A program made the position numbers and the translations under genes. The notes below the pieces were generated by a model. It worked only from the letters and a program-made list of their open reading frames with translations, ran no database searches and was not told the DNA's origin. This document shows, piece after piece, positions 18,295-28,061 of a stretch of 64,000 nucleotides of DNA. This DNA comes from an uncultured Verrucomicrobia subdivision 3 bacterium (GTDB lineage Bacteria; Verrucomicrobiota; Verrucomicrobiia; Limisphaerales; UBA11358), in the NCBI GenBank assembly GCA_903895255.1, contig CAITTG010000079.1, forward strand, positions 947 to 64,946. Reading direction: 5' to 3'. The stretch's first letter is position 1. The number at the start of each line of letters is the position of its first letter.

Positions 18295-19757
18295 AACCAA
18301 CGCCGTTATTCCTCGTGGGCTTGCTGGTGGTGGCTTTGGCCGGTTGCACGGTGGGGCCGGAGTATCACCGTCCCCCGGTGGCAAGCGGGCAGGCCGCTCC
18401 GGCGCCTTTTGCGGACGTCCCCCGAACCAACCAAAATGAGGTGGTCTGGAAAATCGCCACGCCGGCCGCCGACCAGCCCCGGGGCGAATGGTGGAAATTG
18501 TTTCAAGATCCGGAGCTGAACGCGCTTGAAGCCCTGGCCGCCACGAACAATCAAAATATTGCCGCCGCCGCCGCCCGGTTTGAGCAGGCGCGCTACCAGG
18601 CCGCCGCCGCGCGGGCCGCGTATTACCCCACGCTGACCGCCGGGGGCACCCCCACCGGCGACTTTCAGCGCACCCGCACGAGTGTGAACGCGCCCAAGTC
18701 CGGCCAGGCGGCCGGGCAGTCTTATTTGTATAACACCTACACCGCGCCGCTGTACCTGGGCTGGGAGCCGGATCTCTGGGGCCGCGTGCGGAACCAGTCC
18801 ACGGCCGCCAGCGCGGAATTCGCCGCCGCCGGGGATGACCTGGCCTCCGCGCGGCTGGACCTGGCCGCCGAGACGGCCGCCGATTATTTCACGCTCCGCG
18901 CGCTGGACAACCAGCACACCGTGCTGGTGGACACCATTGCCACCTACCGGCAGGCGCTGGTGCTGGTGCAAAACCGCCGGAAGGGCGGGGTGGTGACGGA
19001 CCTGGACGTGGCGCAGGCCGCCACGCAACTGCACACCGCCGAGGCGCAACTGCCCTTTGTGGACCTGCAACGCGCCCAGCTCCAGGACGCCCTGGCACTG
19101 TTGTGCGGCGAGCCGGCCATGAACTTTGCCCTGGCCACCAACGGCTTCATCCCCGCTGTGTTTCCCGTGGTGCCGGCGAGTTTGCCGGCCGATTTGATTG
19201 AGCACCGGCCGGACATCGCCGCGGCGGAGCGCCGCATGGCCGCCGCCAACGCCAATGTGGGCGTGGCGAAAAGCGCGTTTTTTCCCAGCGTCAAGATCAA
19301 TGGCCTGGCGGGCTTCCAGTCTGTGGACGCCAGTTCCTGGTTTGACTGGCCGAGCCGGTTCTGGTCGGTGGGCCCCTCGGTGTCGCTGCCCCTTTTCACT
19401 GGCGGTTTGAACCGGGCGAACCTGGCGGTGGCCCGGGCCGCCTACGACGAAACGGTGGCCAATTACCGGGAGACCGTGCTGAACGCCTTCACCGAGGTGC
19501 AGGACGCCCTCTACGCGGAGCATCTGCTGGCGGAGGAATGGGCGGCGGAAAACGCCGCGCTGCAATCCTCGCAACAGGCCCTGACCATCGCCAACAACCG
19601 CTACCATTATGGTTTGGACATCTATCTGAATGTGGCCACCGCGCAAAACGACACGCTGAATCATGAAAGTGCCATCGCCCTCATCAGCGGCCAACGCCTG
19701 GTGGCGACCATTAATTTGGTGAAAGCCCTGGGATCCGGGTGGCAAGCCCCCCAATAA
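18291..19757 (+). CDS. Outer-membrane efflux lipoprotein (NodT/OprM family)
   Basis: Lipobox LAGC, WEPDLWG, RPDIAAAER and LVKALGSGW. Confidence 0.93.
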   Translation: MKPTPLFLVGLLVVALAGCTVGPEYHRPPVASGQAAPAPFADVPRTNQNEVVWKIATPAADQPRGEWWKLFQDPELNALEALAATNNQNIAAAAARFEQARYQAAAARAAYYPTLTAGGTPTGDFQRTRTSVNAPKSGQAAGQSYLYNTYTAPLYLGWEPDLWGRVRNQSTAASAEFAAAGDDLASARLDLAAETAADYFTLRALDNQHTVLVDTIATYRQALVLVQNRRKGGVVTDLDVAQAATQLHTAEAQLPFVDLQRAQLQDALALLCGEPAMNFALATNGFIPAVFPVVPASLPADLIEHRPDIAAAERRMAAANANVGVAKSAFFPSVKINGLAGFQSVDASSWFDWPSRFWSVGPSVSLPLFTGGLNRANLAVARAAYDETVANYRETVLNAFTEVQDALYAEHLLAEEWAAENAALQSSQQALTIANNRYHYGLDIYLNVATAQNDTLNHESAIALISGQRLVATINLVKALGSGWQAPQ

Positions 19758-19912
19758 CCTTTTTCCGCTGGTGACCGGCACGGCAGCAGGGAAGACCGGG
19801 CTCGTCCGCTCCCACGGAACTTTTCCCAAAGTCGGCGTCTGGTTGCCCATCGCTTGCCGCAATAATGATTGACCAAACTGCCGCTTTGGCTGTCAATATC
19901 AGCTAGAAACTG

Positions 19913-21274
19913 ATGCAACCAATTCGCAAATTCCTGCTGGCGCTGGTGGTGGTCATGGTTTTGCTGGCCCGTCCGGCGGGCGCGGTCAATTCCCTGGTCT
20001 GGAACACCACCACCGACCGGGTGGATGCCGACCTGCGTGGCCAGCCCTTGTGGCCCTTCCTTGAGGATCTGGCCCATAAAACCGGCTGGCACATTTTCGT
20101 GGAGCCGGGCACGGACAAGATCGTCTCCACCAAATTCAAGAACCTGCCCGGGGGCGAGGCCTTGAAGATGGTCTTTGGCGATTTGAACTACGCCCTCGTC
20201 CCGCAGACCAATGGACCAACCTGTCTGTATGTATTTCTCACCGACATGCAAAACGCCACCAAACCCGTCGTGGTGCGCAAGCCCGCCACGCATGTGCCCA
20301 ATGAATTGATGGTGAAGCTCAAACCGGGAGCCAATATTGATGCCATCGCCAAATCCGTCGGGGCCAAAGTGCTGGAGCGCAATGACAAACTGGGCATTTA
20401 CCTCCTGGGATTTCCCGACGCCTCCGCCACGGATGCGGCGTTGACCCAGTTGCAGAACAATCCGGATGTGCAGTCGGTGGACTACAATTATAATTTCGAC
20501 CCGCCCCCGTCCGCGCAGGCCCTGCCGCCCGGGGCAACCACTGCTGGATCGGTGAATTTAAAGCTCGACGCGCCCTCGGACAACAACCCGTGCAACGTGC
20601 TGGTGGGATTGATTGACACGCCCATTCAAGCCGTCCCGGCGAATCTGTCCCAATTTGTGCAGCCGCAGATTTCCGTGGCGGGTAATGCCGGCACACTGCC
20701 ATCCACCCCCACCCACGCCACCGGCATGGCGCAATTCATTCTGGGGGCGATCGCGCAGGCTTCGGGTGGTCATTCCTCCGCGCAAATTTTGCCGGTGGAT
20801 GTTTATGGCAGCAACCCGACCACGACGAGTTGGGATGTGGCCCTGGGCATTCAGGCGGCGGTGGACAAGGGGGCTAATGTGCTGAATTTGAGCTTGGGCA
20901 GTCCGGCGGACAGTGCGGTGCTGGACAGCGTGATTCAACAAGCGCAAGCTTCCGGCGTGCTGATCTTTGCCGCCGCCGGCAACCAGCCGGTAAACACCCC
21001 CACCTATCCGGCAGCGATCCCCGGGGTTAATGCCGTGACGGCGGTCCAGGCGGGCCAACTCGCTTCCTATGCGAATTACGGGAGTTTTATTGACCTGGCA
21101 TTGCCCGGCAGTGGCGTCATGCTATTGGGATCCCAGGCTTATGGGATGGAGGGAACCTCGGTTTCCACGGCTTATGCTTCCGGCGTGGCGGCGGGTACGA
21201 AAACCTCCAACTGTGATGGCTGGCCGCAAATTCAATCCGCAATGCAGCAGAAATTTGTCGTTCCCGCCAAGTAG
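19913..21274 (+). CDS. S8 subtilase with an N-terminal STN/secretin-N0-like domain
   Basis: Triad-like GLIDT, THATGMA and GTSVST, oxyanion AAAGN, NLSLG. N-terminal LRGQPLWPFLEDLAHKTGWHIFV...EALKMVFGDLNY. Confidence 0.8.
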   Translation: MQPIRKFLLALVVVMVLLARPAGAVNSLVWNTTTDRVDADLRGQPLWPFLEDLAHKTGWHIFVEPGTDKIVSTKFKNLPGGEALKMVFGDLNYALVPQTNGPTCLYVFLTDMQNATKPVVVRKPATHVPNELMVKLKPGANIDAIAKSVGAKVLERNDKLGIYLLGFPDASATDAALTQLQNNPDVQSVDYNYNFDPPPSAQALPPGATTAGSVNLKLDAPSDNNPCNVLVGLIDTPIQAVPANLSQFVQPQISVAGNAGTLPSTPTHATGMAQFILGAIAQASGGHSSAQILPVDVYGSNPTTTSWDVALGIQAAVDKGANVLNLSLGSPADSAVLDSVIQQAQASGVLIFAAAGNQPVNTPTYPAAIPGVNAVTAVQAGQLASYANYGSFIDLALPGSGVMLLGSQAYGMEGTSVSTAYASGVAAGTKTSNCDGWPQIQSAMQQKFVVPAK

Positions 21275-21290
21275 GCGGGGCAGCGGGGGA

Positions 21291-21446
21291 CTACTGCGAG
21301 AGGCAGCCGAACTTGGCAAAGGCACCGACGAACACGAGCAGGGCAACGATAAACAACCAGGGCGTCCCGGTCATGAGCAGCACAATGCCCCAGCCTAGAA
21401 AAAAGGCAAATACCACGAACAACAAGAATGCCAAAGCAAAGTTCAT
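21291..21446 (-). CDS. 51-aa two-TM small membrane protein (below the ORF-track cutoff)
   Basis: MNFALAFLLFVVFAFFLGWGIVLLMTGTPWLFIVALLVFVGAFAKFGCLSQ; fills the intergenic gap cleanly. Confidence 0.65.
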   Translation of the reverse strand: MNFALAFLLFVVFAFFLGWGIVLLMTGTPWLFIVALLVFVGAFAKFGCLSQ

Positions 21447-21495
21447 CGCGAATTCATATTAATAACTTTCGCGCTGGGCGCAAACACAAAACACC

Positions 21496-22614
21496 ATGCC
21501 CCGAACCATCTATTTTTCGGCTCTGCTTCTGCTGACGGCCCTCGCTGTCGCCGCGCAACCTGTCCGGTTTTACCTCGGCACCTATACCGACCCCACGTTA
21601 AGCCATGGGATTTATACGGGAACGCTCGATTCCCGAACTGGCCAGCTCAGTCCGCTCGTGCTGGTGGCGACGGTCACCAGCCCCAGCTTTCTGGCCTTAT
21701 CCCCCAAGCAGCCGGTGCTCTATGCTCTCACCGCCAATGGCCACGGAACGGTGGCTGCGTTTAGCCAGGCGTCGGACGGTGGATTGACCCCGCTGAATGA
21801 GGTGCCCTCGGGCAGCGTGGACTGTCATGTTTCGTTGGATGCGACGGGGCACACGGTTTTTCTAGCCAGCTACGGGGCGGGGACGGTGTCGGCCTTTGCG
21901 CTGAAGCCGGATGGCTCCGTGGGCCGGCGCACGGCATTCATTCAGGAGACCGGCACAGGGCCGAATCACGTCCGGCAGACCCAGCCGCACGTCCATTCCC
22001 TGTATCACGACCCCGAAAACCGCCATGTCTATGCCTGCGATTTGGGCACGGACCACATTTATATTTTCGATTATAATCCCTCCACTGGTGGGCTCACGCC
22101 GGCCAACCCGCCATTTGCCACCGTTCCGCCCGGCAGCGGGCCGCGGCATCTGGCGTGGTCGCTGGACGGCCGGTTTGCCTATGTGAACGGCGAAATGGGG
22201 CTGAATGTAACGGTCTTTGGCCGCGACCCGGCCTCGGGGGCGTTGACGGCCATCCAAACCGTCCCCACCCTTCCGCCGGGGGCGGACACCAAGGGCGTGA
22301 CCACTGCTGAAATCGTGGTTCATCCCTCGGGTCGCTGGCTGTATGTCTCCAATCGAGGTTGCGGGACGATTGCGGTTTTCGCCCTTGGCGGGGATGGCAA
22401 ATTGACCTGGGTGCAGAATGCCCCAGCGCAGGTGAAGGTGCCGCGCGGCTTTGCCGTGGACCCGGCAGGACATTGGCTGCTGGTGGGCGGCCAGATGGAT
22501 AACATAATTGCCGTCCTCCAAATTGACCCTGACACCGGCAAGCTGGCCGCCACCGATCAAACCGCCACAGTCGGGGCGCCGGTGTGCGTGATTTTTGACA
22601 CGCCGGCCCGATAA
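21496..22614 (+). CDS. Lactonase family beta-propeller (6-phosphogluconolactonase-like), secreted
   Basis: YLGTYT, RQTQPHVHS, DLGTD, GSGPRH and LYVSNRG. Confidence 0.9.
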   Translation: MPRTIYFSALLLLTALAVAAQPVRFYLGTYTDPTLSHGIYTGTLDSRTGQLSPLVLVATVTSPSFLALSPKQPVLYALTANGHGTVAAFSQASDGGLTPLNEVPSGSVDCHVSLDATGHTVFLASYGAGTVSAFALKPDGSVGRRTAFIQETGTGPNHVRQTQPHVHSLYHDPENRHVYACDLGTDHIYIFDYNPSTGGLTPANPPFATVPPGSGPRHLAWSLDGRFAYVNGEMGLNVTVFGRDPASGALTAIQTVPTLPPGADTKGVTTAEIVVHPSGRWLYVSNRGCGTIAVFALGGDGKLTWVQNAPAQVKVPRGFAVDPAGHWLLVGGQMDNIIAVLQIDPDTGKLAATDQTATVGAPVCVIFDTPAR

Positions 22615-22640
22615 GGTTGCTGTTCACCCATTTAAACTCG

Positions 22641-22668
22641 TTGACAATGTTTGGGAAAAAGGTAGTTT
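22641..22668 (+). promoter_or_regulatory. Sigma70-like promoter of rpsU
   Basis: TTGACA -16 bp- TAGTTT. Confidence 0.55.
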
Positions 22669-22734
22669 AGCCGCTCGTTTTGCGAGCCCCGTTCGTGAGG
22701 GGACCATCTCGCCCAAGAAAGGAAGTGAGTTGCG

Positions 22735-22932
22735 ATGACTGAAATTAGACTGAAAAAAGGTGAACCTGTGGATCGTGCATTGCGCCGGCTTAAGAAAAAA
22801 GTCGACCGCGAAGGCACGCTGAAGATTGTTCGCAATCACCGGCATTTTGAAAAGCCGAGTGAAAAGCGTCGGCGCAAGGAAAAAGTCGCCCGCTTTTCCG
22901 CCATGTTGACCGCCCGTTACGCCGATTTGTAA
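22735..22932 (+). CDS. rpsU: 30S ribosomal protein S21
   Basis: GEPVDRALRRLKKK...HFEKPSEKRRRK. Confidence 0.95.
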   Translation: MTEIRLKKGEPVDRALRRLKKKVDREGTLKIVRNHRHFEKPSEKRRRKEKVARFSAMLTARYADL

Positions 22933-22992
22933 TTTGCAAATTTGCCGCGCCGGGTGTATGCCTTGTCGTGCACCCGGCTTTTTGACGCCCCT

Positions 22993-23904
22993 ATGTATTC
23001 GTTCTCGACCTGTTGGAACTCCAACCGCCACACCGACGGGCGCGAAATGCTGCTCGAAATCCGGGATTTGGGTTTTGAGTACGCCGAATTAAGCCATGGA
23101 ATCCGGTTGAGCCTGGTGCCCGGGATCCTCGAGGCGGTGGACGCGGGCGAGATCAAGATTTCCACCCTCCACAATTTCTGCCCCCTGCCCATGGGCATCA
23201 CCCATGCGGCACCCAATATCTACGAATTCAGCGCCGACCGGGAGCGCGACCAGGAGCTGGCCGTGCGGCATACCCTCAAGACGCTCGACTTTGCCGCGCG
23301 CGTGAAGGCCCAGCTCGTCGTGCTGCATTTTGGCAGCATGGACCTCAAGGATTACATGGGCAAGCTGGAGGACATGCTGGCGCGCGGGGAAAAAAACTCG
23401 CCGAAATACCTCAAGCTGTGCGCGGAGGCGGCCAAAAAACGCGAGACGCAAAAAGTCAAACCTTTCGCCCGCGCCATTGCCAATCTCAAACGGTTTCTGC
23501 CCGAGGCGGAGAAACGCAATTTGCGGCTGGGCATTGAATGCCGCGAGGCGCTCCAGGAACTGCCCGTGGAAAGCGACTTCCCCTATTTGTTTTACGAGGC
23601 CGGCAGTCCCGCCGTGGGTTACTGGCACGACACCGGCCACGCCCAGATCAAGGAAAACCTGGGCTTCCTCAATCACACCGCGCACCTGGCCTCCCTGGCC
23701 GACCACCTGGCCGGATTCCACATTCACGATGTGCAATTCCCCACGCGCGACCATTGCGCGCCCGGCACGGGCATGATCAATTTCAAGGCTCTGGCCCCGT
23801 ACGTCAAACCACATCACCTCAAAGTCTTCGAATTCAGCCCCTCCATGACCGGGGAGTTCGTCAAGCCCGGCATTGAGCATATTAAAAATCTTTGGGGCGA
23901 ATAA
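22993..23904 (+). CDS. Sugar-phosphate isomerase/epimerase family TIM barrel (AP endonuclease 2-like)
   Basis: LGFEYAELSH, LHNFCP, WHDTGHA, FHIHD and DHCAPGTG. Confidence 0.8.
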   Translation: MYSFSTCWNSNRHTDGREMLLEIRDLGFEYAELSHGIRLSLVPGILEAVDAGEIKISTLHNFCPLPMGITHAAPNIYEFSADRERDQELAVRHTLKTLDFAARVKAQLVVLHFGSMDLKDYMGKLEDMLARGEKNSPKYLKLCAEAAKKRETQKVKPFARAIANLKRFLPEAEKRNLRLGIECREALQELPVESDFPYLFYEAGSPAVGYWHDTGHAQIKENLGFLNHTAHLASLADHLAGFHIHDVQFPTRDHCAPGTGMINFKALAPYVKPHHLKVFEFSPSMTGEFVKPGIEHIKNLWGE

Positions 23905-24018
23905 CTGGCCTTCCATTCCCACCGCCCACCCAAACGCGTCATTGCCATTATCCCCCGGCAAGCGCAGTCTGAGGGGGTGGCGCGCGTCAAATCCGCCGCC
24001 ACTGCAATTGTTGCCGCT

Positions 24019-26538
24019 ATGAATGACATCAAACCGGGAGTGGTTGGGGTTCTGGGAAGCAAGGATTACGTGCCGGCCAATGTGCCGGAATTGCTGGCCT
24101 TGCTGGGGCTCCCCCGCGAGCGCCAGCAGGACTTGCAGGCGGTGTTGCGCGAACTGGAACATTCCGGCGAGATCGCCCGCATCAAGGGCAATCGCTACAT
24201 TCAATCCGCGGAGGCGGATCTCATTCCCGGGCGGATTCGCATGAACCGCCAGGGCAAGGGCTTTTTACAGCCGGATGACACCAGCCTCAAGGAAATCGCC
24301 ATTGCGGAAAGCGCCACCGGCACGGCCTTGCATGAGGACCGCGTCCTCGTGCGTCGCGAGGTGCGGGCCAAGGGCTTGCGCCCGGACGTGGGCCAGCCCG
24401 CCACCGGCTCAGTAGTGCGCATTCTGGAGCGCCACCGCACCCAGGTGGTTGGCACCCTGCAGCGCGGCCGCCAGTTTCTCTATGTCATCCCAGATGACCC
24501 GCGCATTCCGCATGACATCTACGTGCCGGAACCGCGCGATGTCGGCCGGCCGGCGCACATCGGCGACAAGGTGGTCGTCGAGCTGCGGGAGTGGGAATCA
24601 CGCCACACGAACCCCGAGGGCGAGGTTGTCGAGGTGCTCGGCGCGCCGGATGAGGAAGGCGTGGACATGCTCTCGGTGTTGCGCCAGTACAATTTGCCCC
24701 TGCATTTCCCCAAGGCCGTCCTGCACGAGGCCAGCGTGATCGGCAACACCGTGAGCCCCCACGATCTGACGGACCGGGTGGACTGCCGGGCACACCAGGT
24801 GATCACGATTGATCCGGATGATGCCAAGGACTTTGACGATGCCATCTGCCTGCAACGCGCCGGCGCCGGCGAATGGAAGTTGTGGGTCCACATTGCCGAT
24901 GTTTCCCATTATGTAAAGCCCGGCACCGCGCTGGATGTGGAGGCCCGCAAGCGTGGCAATTCCACCTACCTGGTGGACCGGGTGATTCCCATGCTCCCGG
25001 AGGCGCTGAGCAATGAACTGTGCTCGCTCAAGCCGCACGTGGACCGCCTGACCAAATGCGTGGAGTTTTTGGTGTCCGACGACGGGCGCGTGCTGGACGC
25101 CCAGTTTTACCCTGCCGTGATCCACTCCCAGCGCCGGTTCGCCTACGGGGACGTGCTGGCGATTTTGGAACGCCCCCCGACTGCCGACCCCATCGAGCAA
25201 ATGCTCCATCAGGCGCACGCGCTGGCCCAGCACATCCGGCGGCGGCGGTTCAAGGCGGGTTCGCTGGACCTGGATTTTCCCGAGACGAAAATCCGGCTGG
25301 ACGATCACGGACGCATCCTGCGCATCGAACGCAATGCAAACGATGTGTCGCACCAGTTGATCGAGGAATACATGCTGCTGGCCAATGAGGCCGTGGCGAC
25401 GCGGCTGATGAGTCTGGCCAAACCGGCGATTTATCGCGTGCATGAATCGCCGGACGAGCGGCGGTTGCAGGAGTATCGCCAGGAAGTGCTGGGCCAGAAT
25501 GTGCCTTGTGGCAACCTGCGCTCCCCGGGCGAGGTGCAAAAGCTCCTGCATCACCTCAATGAATTGCCCACCGGGCCGGCCTTGAAAATCGGTTTTCTCA
25601 AATCCCTCATGCGGGCGCGCTATGACATTGAGCCTCTGGGCCATTATGGTCTGGCCAAGAAAAAATACACGCACTTCACCTCGCCCATCCGGCGTTATGC
25701 GGACTTGGTGGTGCACCGCGCTTTGTTTGAAAAAAATCCCGCCCCGGGGGTTAAGCTCAAGGAGATTGCCGAGCACATTTCCGTGACCGAGCGCAACTCG
25801 GCCGATGCTGAGCGCGACAGCAAGGACGTGAAGCTGTTTGCCTTCCTCAAAGCGCAACTCAAGTCCGGCCGCCCGGAAAAATATCCCGCGCTGGTGACCG
25901 ATGTGCGCAATTTCGGTTTCTTCGTGGATGTCCCCGGTCTGGCCATGAGCGGCCTGGTGCCGTTGTCCACCGTGGAGGATGATTTCTTTGTGTTCGACGA
26001 GGCGCGCAATCATCTGGTGGGCCGTCGCACCCGCCGGATTATCCGGCTGGGCGATTCGGTGACCGTGCAGGTGGCGAAAGTGGACACTTTCAAGAAGCAG
26101 GTGGATTTCCGGCTGGCGGTGGTGGTGCCCAAGCTCTCCGCGCTACGCCCCACGGTGCCCAAGCCGAGTCCCAAGCGTCCACCCCAAGGTCGCGCTGGCG
26201 GCCGGCCACCGGCTCAGCCCGATCGCCGCCCTGACCGCCGGCCGGGCAAACATCCTGGCCGACGTTCTGGCCTTCGGCCAGACAGCCGTCCGGACAACCG
26301 CCAGGATAACCGTCCAGAAAGGCACCCGGGTCAATCTCAGGCGCAGCGCCCAAATCAACGGCCCAACCAGCGTCAGGATAACCGGCCAAACCCCAACCGT
26401 CCGGGCACCTCCAGCCCGGCGAAAGGTAATCGTCCGGTGGACCGCCGTCCCGATGCGCGCAAAAGCGGCCCGGCCTTGGGCACCACCCAGCGGCCTTTGT
26501 TGCGATCCAGTAATTCGTTTGGGCGCGGGCGCCGGTGA
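24019..26538 (+). CDS. rnr: Ribonuclease R
   Basis: CSD domains, ITIDPDDAKDFDDA, YTHFTSPIRRYADL, S1 domain and a basic tail. Confidence 0.93.
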   Translation: MNDIKPGVVGVLGSKDYVPANVPELLALLGLPRERQQDLQAVLRELEHSGEIARIKGNRYIQSAEADLIPGRIRMNRQGKGFLQPDDTSLKEIAIAESATGTALHEDRVLVRREVRAKGLRPDVGQPATGSVVRILERHRTQVVGTLQRGRQFLYVIPDDPRIPHDIYVPEPRDVGRPAHIGDKVVVELREWESRHTNPEGEVVEVLGAPDEEGVDMLSVLRQYNLPLHFPKAVLHEASVIGNTVSPHDLTDRVDCRAHQVITIDPDDAKDFDDAICLQRAGAGEWKLWVHIADVSHYVKPGTALDVEARKRGNSTYLVDRVIPMLPEALSNELCSLKPHVDRLTKCVEFLVSDDGRVLDAQFYPAVIHSQRRFAYGDVLAILERPPTADPIEQMLHQAHALAQHIRRRRFKAGSLDLDFPETKIRLDDHGRILRIERNANDVSHQLIEEYMLLANEAVATRLMSLAKPAIYRVHESPDERRLQEYRQEVLGQNVPCGNLRSPGEVQKLLHHLNELPTGPALKIGFLKSLMRARYDIEPLGHYGLAKKKYTHFTSPIRRYADLVVHRALFEKNPAPGVKLKEIAEHISVTERNSADAERDSKDVKLFAFLKAQLKSGRPEKYPALVTDVRNFGFFVDVPGLAMSGLVPLSTVEDDFFVFDEARNHLVGRRTRRIIRLGDSVTVQVAKVDTFKKQVDFRLAVVVPKLSALRPTVPKPSPKRPPQGRAGGRPPAQPDRRPDRRPGKHPGRRSGLRPDSRPDNRQDNRPERHPGQSQAQRPNQRPNQRQDNRPNPNRPGTSSPAKGNRPVDRRPDARKSGPALGTTQRPLLRSSNSFGRGRR

Positions 26539-26797
26539 TCGGCTTGTAAAACCGGCGGCCGCAGCTTGCGGCATGGTTCCTCGGTGGCGCATACCGCCCC
26601 CCAGGATGCGCCTAGACCGGCGTTGGATGGGAAAATGGCTTGCGACTCTAGCCAGCGAGCCAAAAATGTGTTAAGTAGGCTATTGGCAGTCAATCGGGTC
26701 ATTGGCTGGCGCGAGTGACAAAGCCTCAGATTATGCCCGGGTGACTTTAGCAACCAACTCTGAATAAAAACCTTTTGTTTAACCAAAGGAAGCGCCT

Positions 26798-28054
26798 ATG
26801 AAACCAGGTAAAGTGGGATTCTTAACATGGTTGGTGCTGTTGGCTGGCATTTACGTGGCCGCGGCCCAAGGGACGACAGCCTTCACTTATCAAGGCCAGT
26901 TGCACGACAGTGGCACCAATGCCAATGGCACTTACACGCTTAGTTTTTCGCTCTATAATGCGCCAGTCGGCGGAGCCCAAATCGGAACCAGCGTGACCAC
27001 CAGCACAACGCTAGCCAACGGACTCTTCTCGGTGAACCTTGATTTTGGGGCCGCCGCTTTCAATGGCAGCGCCCGATGGCTGGATATCGCCGTGCAAGCG
27101 GGAACGAATGCCGCCGAAACGCTCGCTCCGCGCGTCCAGATTTTACCCGCGCCTTATGCGCTGTATGCGGTCAACGCTGCCTCGGCCGCGGCCTTGAACC
27201 AGGGCGGCTGGTCGCAAACCGTCGGCAACTACCAAACCTACAGCAACGTCTTTCTGGTCTCCAACCAGGGTAATCTGGTGCTTGGCTTGGGCAGCGGCGG
27301 CGGCCTCCTCAATGGGAATCTGCAAGTGAGCAGTCTGCAGATTAACTCCGCGGGGCTCGGTGATGATGGCCAGGGACAGTTAGTCACCAGTGGCGGCCTC
27401 ATTACTTCCAATCTGGTTTTGAATGGCAACAGCATTCAGTTCCCGGCGAATCAGGGGGCCAGCCTGGCTGTGAACGCGGGCGGGGATTTTATCTTTGACG
27501 GTAATATCCAGTTGACCGCGCTGGGCGTCATTGCCTTTCCGGGCAACAGCGCGGCCACCATTTCGGGGGCCAACAACGGAGTTCATATCAACGGTGGCCT
27601 TCAGGAAAACGGTTCGACGAGCATTGTGGGCGATGCCGGCGTGTCCGGCAACCTGCATGTGGGCAACCTTATTTATGGCACGCTCTACCAGCCCAGCGAC
27701 CGGAATTTAAAAGCCGGTTTTGCCAGCGTGGATCCGGTGCGCATTTTGGATCAGGTGGCCAAACTGCCCATTTCGAGCTGGAATTACAAAACCGAGGAGG
27801 CCACCCGCCATATCGGTCCAATGGCGCAGGACTTTTACGCCGCTTTCCAAGTGGGCGCGGATGACCGGCATATTGCGACGGTGGACGAAGGTGGCATCGC
27901 GCTGGCGGCGATTCAGGGGCTAAATGAGCGCTTGCAGGCCGACTTGAAACGTCAGGCTCTGGAAAATGCGCAGTTGCGCCAGCAAAACGAGATGCTCGTC
28001 CAACGGTTGGACAGTTTGGAAGCCGCCTTGAAAGCCCTGGCCGGAAAGAAATGA
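26798..28054 (+). CDS. Secreted tail-fibre-like protein with a C-terminal peptidase S74 intramolecular chaperone
   Basis: Signal peptide, AFTYQGQL N-domain, beta-rich stalk, PSDRNLK cleavage motif, HIGPMAQDF and a terminal coiled coil. Confidence 0.82.
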   Translation: MKPGKVGFLTWLVLLAGIYVAAAQGTTAFTYQGQLHDSGTNANGTYTLSFSLYNAPVGGAQIGTSVTTSTTLANGLFSVNLDFGAAAFNGSARWLDIAVQAGTNAAETLAPRVQILPAPYALYAVNAASAAALNQGGWSQTVGNYQTYSNVFLVSNQGNLVLGLGSGGGLLNGNLQVSSLQINSAGLGDDGQGQLVTSGGLITSNLVLNGNSIQFPANQGASLAVNAGGDFIFDGNIQLTALGVIAFPGNSAATISGANNGVHINGGLQENGSTSIVGDAGVSGNLHVGNLIYGTLYQPSDRNLKAGFASVDPVRILDQVAKLPISSWNYKTEEATRHIGPMAQDFYAAFQVGADDRHIATVDEGGIALAAIQGLNERLQADLKRQALENAQLRQQNEMLVQRLDSLEAALKALAGKK

Positions 28055-28061
28055 GGCGGCC

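Noticed and set aside
26640-26722. Imperfect inverted repeat upstream of the S74 gene as a riboswitch
   Set aside because: Pairing is weak and I recognise no riboswitch consensus; an Rfam/Infernal scan would be needed.
26798-28054. Prophage remnant
   Set aside because: The protein has a Sec signal peptide and there are no other phage genes, integrase or att sites.
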